NCBI GenBank assembly: GCA_963728205.1
Contig: CAVSIV010000006.1
Location: forward strand, 1,504,001-1,568,000
DNA: 64,000 bases
DNA from: an uncultured Chloroflexia bacterium
GTDB lineage: Bacteria > Chloroflexota > Dehalococcoidia > UBA2979
Direction of reading: 5' to 3'
A program made the translations under genes and the position numbers. Shown in pieces: positions 26,852 to 35,765 of the stretch (positions are counted from its first letter, which is position 1; each line of letters opens with the position of its first letter). A model generated the notes under the pieces. It was given only the letters and a program-made list of their open reading frames with translations, was not told the origin of the DNA and did not search any database.

Positions 26852-28819
26852 TTAGCTTGCGCGCCGTGTCCACGACCGCGGGTCGATTCGCGACACGCGG
26901 GGCGCCTCGGCGCCTTCCGACCGCTCCTGAGGCGCGGTCGCCGTGATGGCGAACCGGTACGTGATGTCGTCGGCGCGGACCCAGTACTCGTTCACCCCGT
27001 CACGGCTGGACCAGAGCACGGGCAGGCCGCGCTGTTCGGCGACGCGCGCGAGGTCGTCGAAGCTTTCGACGGTGATCGCGCTTGGCGCGTCGAGGGGCCG
27101 CGGCGGCACCAGCGAGGCCGGGAGGATCAGCCCTCCCTCCCCCTGCGCCGGCGGGGGTGTTGCCACGGGCTGCGGAGCGCGCGGCGGCGCGACCGCGGCC
27201 GAGGGTGGGAGTGCAGTCGGAACGAATGGCGACGGCGACGTCGCTCTGGGCGGTGCCACGGGCAGCGCGCGGTCGGCTGTGGGGGGCGAAAGCGTCGTCG
27301 CCGCGGGAGCCATTCGCGCTCGCCGCGCGCGGCGGCGCGTGGGTTGCGCGCGACGGCGATTGCGTGGCAGCGCCGTCGGCGTCAACGACGAGGCGCCCAC
27401 GGTGGCTTCCGGGACTCCGCGATCGTCATCGTCGAGGGCGACCAGCAGGTGGCCATAGCGCGCGCGGATCTGCGAGACGGGTCCCCGCCGCGACACCGCG
27501 CGCGTGCCGAGCGCCACCGCGAGGAAGCCAAGTGCTGCGACCACGACAGACCCGAGGGCGATGTCGGGCAGCCGCGAGAACGGCAGCTCCACGCCCAGCA
27601 GGGGGATCGGCATCGTTCGCGGCACGATCGCCGGCCGGCCGACGGTGATGTTGGCGTTCGACTCGAGTGCGCTCGCCTTCGTGTCGAACTGCATCTGGTT
27701 TTCGGTGAGGCGGAAGTCGAGCCCCTGATCCGTGTCGCGCGAGAACGGGACGCCGCCGAACGTTCCGTCGGCATGCACCGTCGCCCCGATGTGGATCGTG
27801 TAGTAGAGCGACTTCACGCCTGTCTGGGTTTCCGCGGCCGTGATCGTGTTCAGGATCTCGCCGAGGTCGATGACGCCCTGCGCGCGTGCGGCGTTCCCGG
27901 CGAAGAGCACCGTGCCCTGGACGGGGATCGTTTTGCTCCACCCGTTCGGATGCTGGATCTGCACGTTGAGCTGCGTCGCGCCCGCGACGTCGGCGAGCGC
28001 GGCGCCCGGGGTGATCGGTGCAAGCTGGTAGTCGAAGGTCACCGGGAGACTGCGCACGAGGTCGAGGAAGACCGGCTGTGGCGCCCCGAGCTGGTTCCCG
28101 TCGTAGACGCCACCCGGCACCGTCGAGCCGTAGGTGAAGCGGCCGGCCTCGGAGAACGCCAGCGTGTGCGTCACGGACGTCTGATCGCCGCGGACCGCAT
28201 CGAGACCCGCGAGCGCCCCGCCCACCAGCAGGACCACCACGAGCGAGCCGACGATGGCCTGGCCGGTGGCCCCGTGGATCGTGAGCGTCTCCGCGAGCCG
28301 CCGGCGCGTGCGTCTGCCGCCACCCGTCGAGCGCGGCGCGGCCGGGCCGGCGCCGCCGCTCCGCCGACGCCGGACCGCGCTCCCCGCGACGAGCAGGAGC
28401 GCCAGCCCCCCGAGGAGCGCGACGAGTGCGCGCGGCCGCTGGAGGGCGTGCAGCACGTATCCCGCGTGCGGGATGATCCCCCACTCCTTGCCGATGATGT
28501 CTGATCGCGTGGGGTGGTAGCTGTCCGCGCTCGTGCGGTTGTCGCCCCGGAGCGTGAAGCGCTCGCCGTCGTCGGCGACGATGCGGTGCATCACGATCCC
28601 GAGGTCCGGGTTTCGCGACGCGACGATGTCGCCGACGCCGTAGTCCGATGCGCGCCGGATCAGCACGGCATCGCCGGTGTGCAACAGCGGTGACATCGAG
28701 TTGCCGTTGACGAACGCGTAGTCGAAGGCGCCACCGACCGATTGCGGGGCGAAGGCGATCCAGATGCTGATCGCGAAGACGACGGCAAGCCCGGCGCGAA
28801 ACGCGGAGAACGCCGGCAT
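26852..28819 (-). CDS. SipW/ER-type signal peptidase I (S26) fused to a DUF5305-like membrane-anchored domain
   Basis: VNGNSMSP...GD (Ser), VMHRIV (His, not Lys), RGDN...D, IIGK; then further TM helices flanking a beta-rich domain and a C-terminal VESFDDLA...Y.V...ITYRF segment. Alternative GTG start at 28864. Confidence 0.8.
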   Translation of the reverse strand: MPAFSAFRAGLAVVFAISIWIAFAPQSVGGAFDYAFVNGNSMSPLLHTGDAVLIRRASDYGVGDIVASRNPDLGIVMHRIVADDGERFTLRGDNRTSADSYHPTRSDIIGKEWGIIPHAGYVLHALQRPRALVALLGGLALLLVAGSAVRRRRSGGAGPAAPRSTGGGRRTRRRLAETLTIHGATGQAIVGSLVVVLLVGGALAGLDAVRGDQTSVTHTLAFSEAGRFTYGSTVPGGVYDGNQLGAPQPVFLDLVRSLPVTFDYQLAPITPGAALADVAGATQLNVQIQHPNGWSKTIPVQGTVLFAGNAARAQGVIDLGEILNTITAAETQTGVKSLYYTIHIGATVHADGTFGGVPFSRDTDQGLDFRLTENQMQFDTKASALESNANITVGRPAIVPRTMPIPLLGVELPFSRLPDIALGSVVVAALGFLAVALGTRAVSRRGPVSQIRARYGHLLVALDDDDRGVPEATVGASSLTPTALPRNRRRAQPTRRRARRARMAPAATTLSPPTADRALPVAPPRATSPSPFVPTALPPSAAVAPPRAPQPVATPPPAQGEGGLILPASLVPPRPLDAPSAITVESFDDLARVAEQRGLPVLWSSRDGVNEYWVRADDITYRFAITATAPQERSEGAEAPRVSRIDPRSWTRRAS

Positions 28820-28895
28820 GCGTCGGCGTCCGCTCCCCAGCGCGGCGGGCCGCGCGGCGCTCACGTGCCCGCTGAAGGTGCGTGGTCCGTCATCG

Positions 28896-29309
28896 CTACT
28901 CCGAGATGACGATGTCGAACGCGGTGGTGTTGGCCACGGTCAGCTGGCTGCCCACGGTGGTGTCGCAGGAGATGTTGTGCGCGGGCGCGACGCCGCCCGT
29001 GCGCGTGCACGTGTACCAGTGGCCGGGCAGCGTTTCGAAGTTCGCTTTGATGTTGGGCAGCACGGCGACGACGCTGCCGTTGTCGGCGGTTGCGGTGAAC
29101 GTGATCGAGTCGATGTTGCGTGGGTCGGCGGCGTTCAGGTTGTACACGATGCTCGAGATCGTGTAGCCGGACACGGTGTTCGTACCTTCACCTGCGGTGC
29201 TGTCGGGCACCGTGTTCGCGGCGGTGATCACGGTGCCGCCCACCGCGAACGCGGCGAGCACCACTGCCAGGGGCACGAGCCATCGGCGCAATCTGCTGAA
29301 GAGAGCCAC
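28896..29309 (-). CDS. Small secreted beta-rich protein (putative fibre major subunit), 137 aa
   Basis: RBS AGGAG then GTG; signal-like RLRRWLVPLAVVLAAFAVGGTVITAA; mature part NTVPDSTAGEG...; two Cys; Thr/Asn-rich. Confidence 0.75.
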   Translation of the reverse strand: MALFSRLRRWLVPLAVVLAAFAVGGTVITAANTVPDSTAGEGTNTVSGYTISSIVYNLNAADPRNIDSITFTATADNGSVVAVLPNIKANFETLPGHWYTCTRTGGVAPAHNISCDTTVGSQLTVANTTAFDIVISE

Positions 29310-29388
29310 GGTTGCTCCTGCCGTTCCGGGTCCGTGCCTGCTCCGGGTCCCGCTCGTGTTCGAACGATGTGGACAACGCCCGCGGACA

Positions 29389-29429
29389 CCGGTTCTCAGG
29401 TTCAGTATCCGAACGAACCCGAGAACCGG
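29389..29429. promoter_or_regulatory. Inverted repeat in divergent promoter region
   Basis: CCGGTTCTCAGGTTC-N11-GAACCCGAGAACCGG (14/15 match). Confidence 0.5.
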
Positions 29430-29572
29430 AGATCGGGCGAAACCCTCAACACCATCTGAGCGCCCCCCGAGTTGGCGGAACGTCCTGAGATGTCGTTGCG
29501 GGCTGTCTCCGCGCGGCACGAGGGGCTTCACGGAGAGACGCGCACCCGCGTCGCACCTAACGTCGAATCCGG

Positions 29573-30619
29573 ATGAAGCTGTCGCGCATCGCCCAGGTCG
29601 CCGTAGCGGTGCTGATCATGACGATCGGCGCATCGTTCATCACGGGCGCTGCCGACTCGAACGCGGTTCCTCCGTCCTCGGCCGGGGAGCAGACCCACAC
29701 CCCGGTCGTGGACGACTTCAAGCCGGCGGCGTGCGCGGCGCTCAGCCTCACGTCGCTGGTGACGGGCAGTGGCGTGATCAGCGGTACGGGCGGGAACGAC
29801 CTCATCCTGGGCAGCAACGCCGCCGATACCATCACCAGCAACGCGGGCGACGACTGCGTGCTCGCGGGCGGCGGGAACGACGGCATCTTCGCGGGAACCG
29901 GCGGCGGAGCCGGCGGCGGCAGCGACGTCCTGGACGCCGGGAGCGGCTCGGACACGTGCCACGGCGAAGCCGGGATGCCGACGTACATCAGCTGTGAAAC
30001 CGTCGTGGTTTCGGGGCTCGGGAGCTGGGTCAGCGGGCTCGTGCACGCCACGCCGGCCGGACAGGGCCGTGCGCTCGTCTTCGTCGGCATGGCCGAGAAC
30101 AACCCCGCGCGCACGCTCAGCGGCGTGACCTACGGCGGGCAGCCCCTCACGTGGGTCGCCAGTGCGACGTCAGGATCGACACCGGTGACGGTTGAGGTCT
30201 GGGTCCTCAACGAGGCGGGGATCGCGGCGGCGACCGACTCGACCTTCGTGCCGACGTGGACCGGCGCCGTCGCGAACGAGAACGAGTCGAGCTTCTTCCT
30301 CGGGGACGTCAACCAGTCGTCGCTCGCCGGCGCAACGAGCACCAGCGTTGGCCTGAACGGCTCCCCGCTCACCGCAGGCGCCCTCGCGAACACGGCGGGG
30401 GACATGGTGATCTTCGCCGCCGGAACGGGAAACGCGATCACGATGAGCCCCAACAACGGCTTCATCGAAGGTACTGACACGAACGTGGGAACCACGACCC
30501 TGGAAACCGGCTATCAGGAAGCGACGGGCGTGAACCTGACGCCGAGCACGACCCCAGGCGGCAACGCCGGTCGGTGGACCGTCGTCGGCGCGGTGTTCAA
30601 GTCCGTCACCACCCCGTAG
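29573..30619 (+). CDS. Secreted protein with GGxGxD-like Ca-binding repeats and a Thr/Gly-rich beta domain (putative minor/adhesin subunit)
   Basis: Signal-like N-terminus, SNAVPPSSAGE, repeats GTGGNDLILG, NAGDDCVLAGGGND, GGSDVLDAGSGSDTC. Confidence 0.75.
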   Translation: MKLSRIAQVAVAVLIMTIGASFITGAADSNAVPPSSAGEQTHTPVVDDFKPAACAALSLTSLVTGSGVISGTGGNDLILGSNAADTITSNAGDDCVLAGGGNDGIFAGTGGGAGGGSDVLDAGSGSDTCHGEAGMPTYISCETVVVSGLGSWVSGLVHATPAGQGRALVFVGMAENNPARTLSGVTYGGQPLTWVASATSGSTPVTVEVWVLNEAGIAAATDSTFVPTWTGAVANENESSFFLGDVNQSSLAGATSTSVGLNGSPLTAGALANTAGDMVIFAAGTGNAITMSPNNGFIEGTDTNVGTTTLETGYQEATGVNLTPSTTPGGNAGRWTVVGAVFKSVTTP

Positions 30620-30649
30620 GGCGGTCGCGGTGGCCGCCTGTGTGCAGCG

Positions 30650-31095
30650 GAACACGTCGGCGCCGGCGAGCGCCGCCACGCGATCCTCCGCGTAGCCGGC
30701 CAGCACCGTCGGCACCTCGGACGCGTCCGGCCCGAACGTCGGCGCCGCGTGCTCCACGCGTGCCGGCGTGCGCGACAGGCGGAACCGCCGGTCCTCGACG
30801 ACGGCCTCGCCGAGAACCGGGTGCGCGCGCCGCACGAAGTGGCCGCGGTGCGCGAGCTGCGGATCGCGCACGAGCTCGGTGCTGTTCTCCACGGTGTGCG
30901 CGGGAAGTGCAGCGACGCCTCGGCCTGCGCGCAGTCGATGTGCAGGCCCTCGCCGGTGCGGTCGCGGTGGTCGAGCGCGGCCAGCAGCGCCGCGCGCGTG
31001 AACCGCGGCGCGACGTCGTCCGTGTACGCCGCGACCATCGCCGGGTCGCGATCCGGCCAGCCGGCCACGCTGTTGAAGCCGGCGATCGCGGCGCC
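30650..31095 (-). pseudogene. CaiB/BaiF (family III) CoA-transferase remnant
   Basis: Middle segment AYTD..APRF...LLAALDHRDRTGEG.HID.AQ.E joined out of frame near 30903 to C-terminal DPQLAHRGHF...RLSRTP...AP..G; N-terminus missing. Confidence 0.75.
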
Positions 31096-31114
31096 CGTCG
31101 TGCGCGTGCGGCGC

Positions 31115-32491
31115 CTATGCAGGCGGAGGCTCGGTTCCACGCCGGCGCCGCGCGGCGATCACGCGCAGCGCCACGTAGCCGCCGACGCCGGCCACGACCG
31201 ACGCGCCGATGATGCCGAGCTTCGCGGCCTCCGCGGCGGCCTCGTCGGTGAACGCGAGCTCGGTGATGAAGAGCGACACGGTGAAGCCGATCCCGGCGAG
31301 CACGCCCAGCCCGGCAAGCGCGCTCCAGGTCACGCCCGGCGGCACGCGCGCCCCCGCGCGTACCGCCACCCACGTCCCCGCGAGGATGCCCGCCGGCTTC
31401 CCGATCGCCAGCGCGAGCAGCACCGCCCACGTCAGCGGCGACCCCGCCGCGGCGGACAGCGCCGACGGGCCGAGCGCGACCCCCGCGTTGGCGAACGCGA
31501 ACAGCGGCACGATGCCGAACGCCACCAGCGCGTGCAGCTCGTGCTCGAGCCGGTCCAGCGGCGCGACGGCCTGCGACGTCATCTTGCGCAGGTGCAGCAG
31601 CGTCTGCTGCTGTGCCTCGTGCCCGGCGCCGCCGCGCGCCGCCTCGCCCGGCTCGCCGGGCGGGCGCAGCCGCTGCAGCAGCGCCCCGGCGCGGTCGGGG
31701 AGCGCCTCCGGCCGGCCCCACCCGCGCCACGGCGTCAGCAACCCGAACGCCACGCCGACGATCGTCGGGTGCACGCCCGACTCGAGCACGCCGAACCACG
31801 CGAGCACGCCGAAGACGACGTAGAGCGGCACGTACCAGATGCCGATCTGCTGAGCGACCCACGCCAGCCCCAACATCAGCAGCGCGATCAGCAGCGGCGC
31901 GACGACGACCTGGTCCGTGTAGAACGCCGCGATCACGCCGATCGCCGCGATGTCGTCGAAGATCGCGATCGCGAGCAGCAGCGCCTTCAGCCCGGCGCCG
32001 ACGCGCGGCCCGAGCAGCGCCATCACTCCCAGCGCGAACGCGATGTCCGTCGCGATCGGGACGCCCCACCCGTGACGGAGCTCCGGGTCGTGCACCAGCG
32101 CGACGAAGATCAGCGCCGGCACCACGACCCCGCCGAGCGCCGCGCACAGCGGCAGCACGACGCGTCGCCGCGACCTGAGCTCGCCGACCGTCAGCTCGCG
32201 CTTGATCTCCAGCCCGACGACGAAGAAGAACAGCGTCATCGCCCCGTCGTTGACGAGCGCGTGCAGCGACTTCGCCACCGAGTAGAAGCCGAGGTCGAAC
32301 GCGACGCGGTGCTCGAAGAGCCGCTGATAGCCGTCGGCCCACGGGGAGTTCGCCCAGGCGAGCGCCAGCACAGCGCCGAGGATCAGGAGGAGGCCGCTCG
32401 ACGCCTCCGTGCGCGTGAAGTCCTGGAGCGGGCGGACGTAGCGGTCGAGCCGCTCCCGCCGCTGCGCCGGGTTCTGCCGCGTGAACTCCAT
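31115..32491 (-). CDS. nhaA: Na+/H+ antiporter NhaA
   Basis: VNDGAMTLFFFVVGLEIKRE, GWGVPIATDIAF, AIFDD, SGVHPT, GKPAG, GIGFTVSLFI. Confidence 0.93.
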   Translation of the reverse strand: MEFTRQNPAQRRERLDRYVRPLQDFTRTEASSGLLLILGAVLALAWANSPWADGYQRLFEHRVAFDLGFYSVAKSLHALVNDGAMTLFFFVVGLEIKRELTVGELRSRRRVVLPLCAALGGVVVPALIFVALVHDPELRHGWGVPIATDIAFALGVMALLGPRVGAGLKALLLAIAIFDDIAAIGVIAAFYTDQVVVAPLLIALLMLGLAWVAQQIGIWYVPLYVVFGVLAWFGVLESGVHPTIVGVAFGLLTPWRGWGRPEALPDRAGALLQRLRPPGEPGEAARGGAGHEAQQQTLLHLRKMTSQAVAPLDRLEHELHALVAFGIVPLFAFANAGVALGPSALSAAAGSPLTWAVLLALAIGKPAGILAGTWVAVRAGARVPPGVTWSALAGLGVLAGIGFTVSLFITELAFTDEAAAEAAKLGIIGASVVAGVGGYVALRVIAARRRRGTEPPPA

Positions 32492-32659
32492 GAGCGGACC
32501 TGTCGGTGCCGGCGGTGCCCTTCGCCTGATCCAGCATGACGGTCGGCGCACGGGGCTGCACGGAGCGAAACGGCCCGCCGGCAGCGGGCCCACGAGGACA
32601 TCACGCATGATTTATCATCGTCAGCGTCGAGCGCCCGCTCACACCCCGGAGGATGCCCC

Positions 32660-33796
32660 ATGACCACGACGAGCGACCCGCAGCGCCGGCCGGAGCCGCC
32701 GGCGCAGACCGCCTACGAGCGACTCCTCGAGTACGGCCGCGGCCGCGGCTACAAGCTCGACTGGATGCAGGCCGCACCGACCCTCGGCGATGAGCAGCAC
32801 CCGGACCGCTCGCGCGGCGGCTTCCTCCTGCAGGACGCCGACGTCGGACCGTTCGGCGAGGTGCCCGAGTGGAGCGACAACATGACGGGCCGCCCGCGCG
32901 GCTCGATGGTTCGCCCCAACGCCCCGAAGATCGGCAACTACTCGGTGCGGACGAAGTCCGACATCTGGCTGCGCAACGCCTCGCAGCTCTACGAGGAGGC
33001 CGTCCAGCGCCAGTGGTCGTCGGCCGTCGACATCCCGTGGGAGACGCTCGAGGAGCTGCCTGACGACATCGAGCGCGCCGAGTGCCAGCTGACCACGTTC
33101 CTGACGGAGGTCGAGTTCGTCGCGGGCGACGTGCCGGGCAAGTGGATCGCGGACACCACGCCCGACTACTACGAGCCGCGCATGTTCCTGATCTCGCAGA
33201 TCATGGACGAGGCCCGGCACCTCGACGTCTTCCGCAAGCGCACCTTCGCGAACGGCGGCGGGCTCATGGAGCAGACACCGCTGCCCGCGGTGGGCGTCGA
33301 GATCGACAACGCGCGCGACTTCACCGAGATGTCGGCGCGCCTGCACATCTCCGGCGAGGGCGTCGTGCTGTCGCTCTTCCGCATGGGCGAGCGCATGTCC
33401 TACAACGACGCCGAGAAGGCGATCTACCGCCTCGCTGCCTCCGACGAGTCGCGCCACGTCGCGTTCGGCGTGATGCACCTGCAGTACCTGGCGCAGACCG
33501 ACCCCGAGCGGCGCGACGAGATCCACTCCTTCCTCGACGAGATCGAGGTGGGGCTGGCGTCGGGGCTCGGCGTGCAGAACCCGGCCGGCAGCGGCTTCGC
33601 CGCGAGCGACGCGCTGCGCGTGCTGCTCGGCGGCGGCTCCGACCCGGTCTCGCTTGCCGAGGGCGAGCGGATCGCGCTCGCGGTGCGCCAGCGCCAGGTC
33701 AAGGAATACATCCAGCGGATCAAGGTGGCCGGCCTCGGCGACCGCTTCCAGGACGGCCGCGCTCGCCCCGAGATCATGCAGTACGCGCAGGCATAG
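32660..33796 (+). CDS. Ferritin-like diiron-carboxylate protein
   Basis: E..., DEARH, E..., DESRH ligand pattern; RBS GGAGG. Confidence 0.8.
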   Translation: MTTTSDPQRRPEPPAQTAYERLLEYGRGRGYKLDWMQAAPTLGDEQHPDRSRGGFLLQDADVGPFGEVPEWSDNMTGRPRGSMVRPNAPKIGNYSVRTKSDIWLRNASQLYEEAVQRQWSSAVDIPWETLEELPDDIERAECQLTTFLTEVEFVAGDVPGKWIADTTPDYYEPRMFLISQIMDEARHLDVFRKRTFANGGGLMEQTPLPAVGVEIDNARDFTEMSARLHISGEGVVLSLFRMGERMSYNDAEKAIYRLAASDESRHVAFGVMHLQYLAQTDPERRDEIHSFLDEIEVGLASGLGVQNPAGSGFAASDALRVLLGGGSDPVSLAEGERIALAVRQRQVKEYIQRIKVAGLGDRFQDGRARPEIMQYAQA

Positions 33797-33813
33797 CCGC
33801 GGCGCGTGAGTCA

Positions 33814-33901
33814 AAGCGGCGGCAGACATGCCGCCGACAGACGCGCGGCGCCAGCCGCGGACTGCGTCCACGTCCTGTCGGCGGCATGTCTGCCGCCGCT
33901 T
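33814..33901. repeat. Family B inverted pair (27-bp perfect arms)
   Basis: AAGCGGCGGCAGACATGCCGCCGACAG ... CTGTCGGCGGCATGTCTGCCGCCGCTT between convergent genes. Confidence 0.85.
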
Positions 33902-34009
33902 CCCGACGGCGTTCACGCCCGGCACGGCGCCCCGGCCGGGGCACATCGACGGCCGTGGCTGGTCGGTGCGCGCCCGGAACACGGCAGGCTCACGCCCGCC
34001 GCGCGCCCG

Positions 34010-34426
34010 TCACTCGGCGCGCCACTCCGTCACGCGTTCCGGCTCCACGCGGATGATCGGCCTCGCCTCCAGCGCCATCGTCGCGTACTGCGGGTAGCGG
34101 CCTCGCAACGCCGCCACCGCGGCGGCGTGCTCCGCGCCCGCGTCGATCACGGCCGCGCGACCGCGCACCATCACCCACGCGAGCCGCGACCAGTCGTCCT
34201 CGTATCGATCGAACACCAGCGACACGCGCGGCTCGCGCGCGATGTTGCGCAGCCGCTGCAGGCGCGTCGTGCGCTTCGGCTTCTCGTCGATCGCCGAGTA
34301 GATACGCCCGTCGACGAGCGCGAACGTGATGGGAACGACGTGCGGCCGCCCGTCCGGGTCCACGGTCGCCAGGTGCGCCACCGGCCGTGCGTCGATGAAG
34401 GCCCGCACCGCGGGCGTCAACTCCAT
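34010..34426 (-). CDS. PPOX-class F420-dependent oxidoreductase (Rv0121-like)
   Basis: AHLATV...GRPHVVPITFA, IDEKPK, LQRLRNI, DRYEDDWSRLAWV, YPQY. Confidence 0.88.
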   Translation of the reverse strand: MELTPAVRAFIDARPVAHLATVDPDGRPHVVPITFALVDGRIYSAIDEKPKRTTRLQRLRNIAREPRVSLVFDRYEDDWSRLAWVMVRGRAAVIDAGAEHAAAVAALRGRYPQYATMALEARPIIRVEPERVTEWRAE

Positions 34427-34554
34427 GTCGCGAGCGTACCCGGCCCCGCTGCGCCCTTCATTCGGGGTGTCGCGCTTCCGATAGTCAGAAGGAGGGAGAC
34501 TGCGCCCCACGTGCGGTGTGCCCGAACGCGGCGCCCGGATGCGCCGCCGGCGGG

Positions 34555-35682
34555 ATGGCGATACCGATGAGGCTGCCCCGGTTCCGCGGCGTCCCCTGGC
34601 TGCCCGCGCTCTCGGCGGTCACCGCCGTCGCGCTCACGGCGACGGCCGCGGCGGCGCTCGCCCAGCCGATCCCCGGAGGGCGCCCGCCCGCGCTCGAGTG
34701 GTTCTCGCGCGGCAGCGGCTTCGCGGCGTCCGTCGCGCTCAGCGCGACGATGGCCATCGGCTTCGTTCGGTGGTGGATTCGGCCGACGCGCGTCACGCTG
34801 GTGCGCCGCACCGGACACCTGCGCGACGCGATGGCCGCCGCCGTGCTCGCACTCGGCGGCGCGCACCTCCTGGCGATCGCCGAGATCGCCCGGGCGGATG
34901 GCCGCCTCGGGCCCCGCGTCGTCGTCGCCGGCGGGATCCTCGCGGCGCTCGTCGCGCTGCTGCTCGTGTCGCGCCGTCTGCGCTCCGCGCTGCACCGGCC
35001 CACGTGGGACTTCGTGCGGCGCGCCGCCTACGTCGTCTTCGTGATCGCGCTCGTGCAGACGGCCATCGCCGGCCCCGGCTTCGTCGAGACCGCGCTGCGC
35101 TGGCTGTATCTCGCGACCGGGGTCGCGGTCGCCGGCAACGGCATCGTGCGCATCGTCCTCGGCCGGCACCGCGAGGCCGACGACCCCGCGCCCGGCTCCG
35201 TCCCGGTGCCGAACGCGCTCGGCGAGGAGATCGGCGGCGAGCCCCGCCGCGTCGACCTCGTTGCCTACCTGCGCGACTCTATCCGCTTCGCGCGCGACAT
35301 CGGCGAGCACGTCGCCGTGTTCGTCGTCGACCTTGCCCCGGTGGTGGCGATCGAGGGCTCGCCGCAGCCGGCAATCGACCGCATCCGCTCGCGCGCCCGC
35401 CGCCGCGACTTCATCGCAATCGACGGCGTGACGCTGATCCTTGTGCGGCGGGCGCGGTTCGCCGGGCGCGACGCGCACGTCGTCGGCGAGCAGCTGCTGC
35501 TGCTGGCGCGGCCGGCGGGGCGCGACGGCCGGTCGCCCGCCCGGGTGGGCGTGGCGGCGTTCCCGAAGGACGGCTGGGAGCCGGCGCTGCTGCTCAAGAA
35601 CGCGGTGGGCGCCGTGCACGAGGCCGAGAGCGATGGCGGCGTCGCCCACGCCGAGGGCGTGATCCGCCGCGCGGTCGCGTAG
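34555..35682 (+). CDS. Membrane protein: ferric-reductase-like TM region plus degenerate GGDEF domain
   Basis: SRGSG..A...L...G and W....AYV.F..AL.....AG helices; C-terminal VGVAAFPKDG...LLKNA..A..EA GGDEF-type tail without the GGDEF motif. Confidence 0.55.
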   Translation: MAIPMRLPRFRGVPWLPALSAVTAVALTATAAAALAQPIPGGRPPALEWFSRGSGFAASVALSATMAIGFVRWWIRPTRVTLVRRTGHLRDAMAAAVLALGGAHLLAIAEIARADGRLGPRVVVAGGILAALVALLLVSRRLRSALHRPTWDFVRRAAYVVFVIALVQTAIAGPGFVETALRWLYLATGVAVAGNGIVRIVLGRHREADDPAPGSVPVPNALGEEIGGEPRRVDLVAYLRDSIRFARDIGEHVAVFVVDLAPVVAIEGSPQPAIDRIRSRARRRDFIAIDGVTLILVRRARFAGRDAHVVGEQLLLLARPAGRDGRSPARVGVAAFPKDGWEPALLLKNAVGAVHEAESDGGVAHAEGVIRRAVA

Positions 35683-35765
35683 CTGCGCGCGTCCGACGGG
35701 CGGTCGGACTGCGCGCGTCCTCGCCCGGCACGGGGCGGTCCTCGCCGCGCTCGTCGCGGTCCGCG

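Noticed and set aside
29310-29572. c-di-GMP riboswitch ahead of the fibre genes
   Set aside because: GGCGAAACC is present but the rest of the GEMM consensus is not recognisable.
32492-32659. Na+/Li+ or fluoride riboswitch upstream of nhaA
   Set aside because: Only a generic GC hairpin is visible; no consensus I can match by eye. An Rfam scan would settle it.
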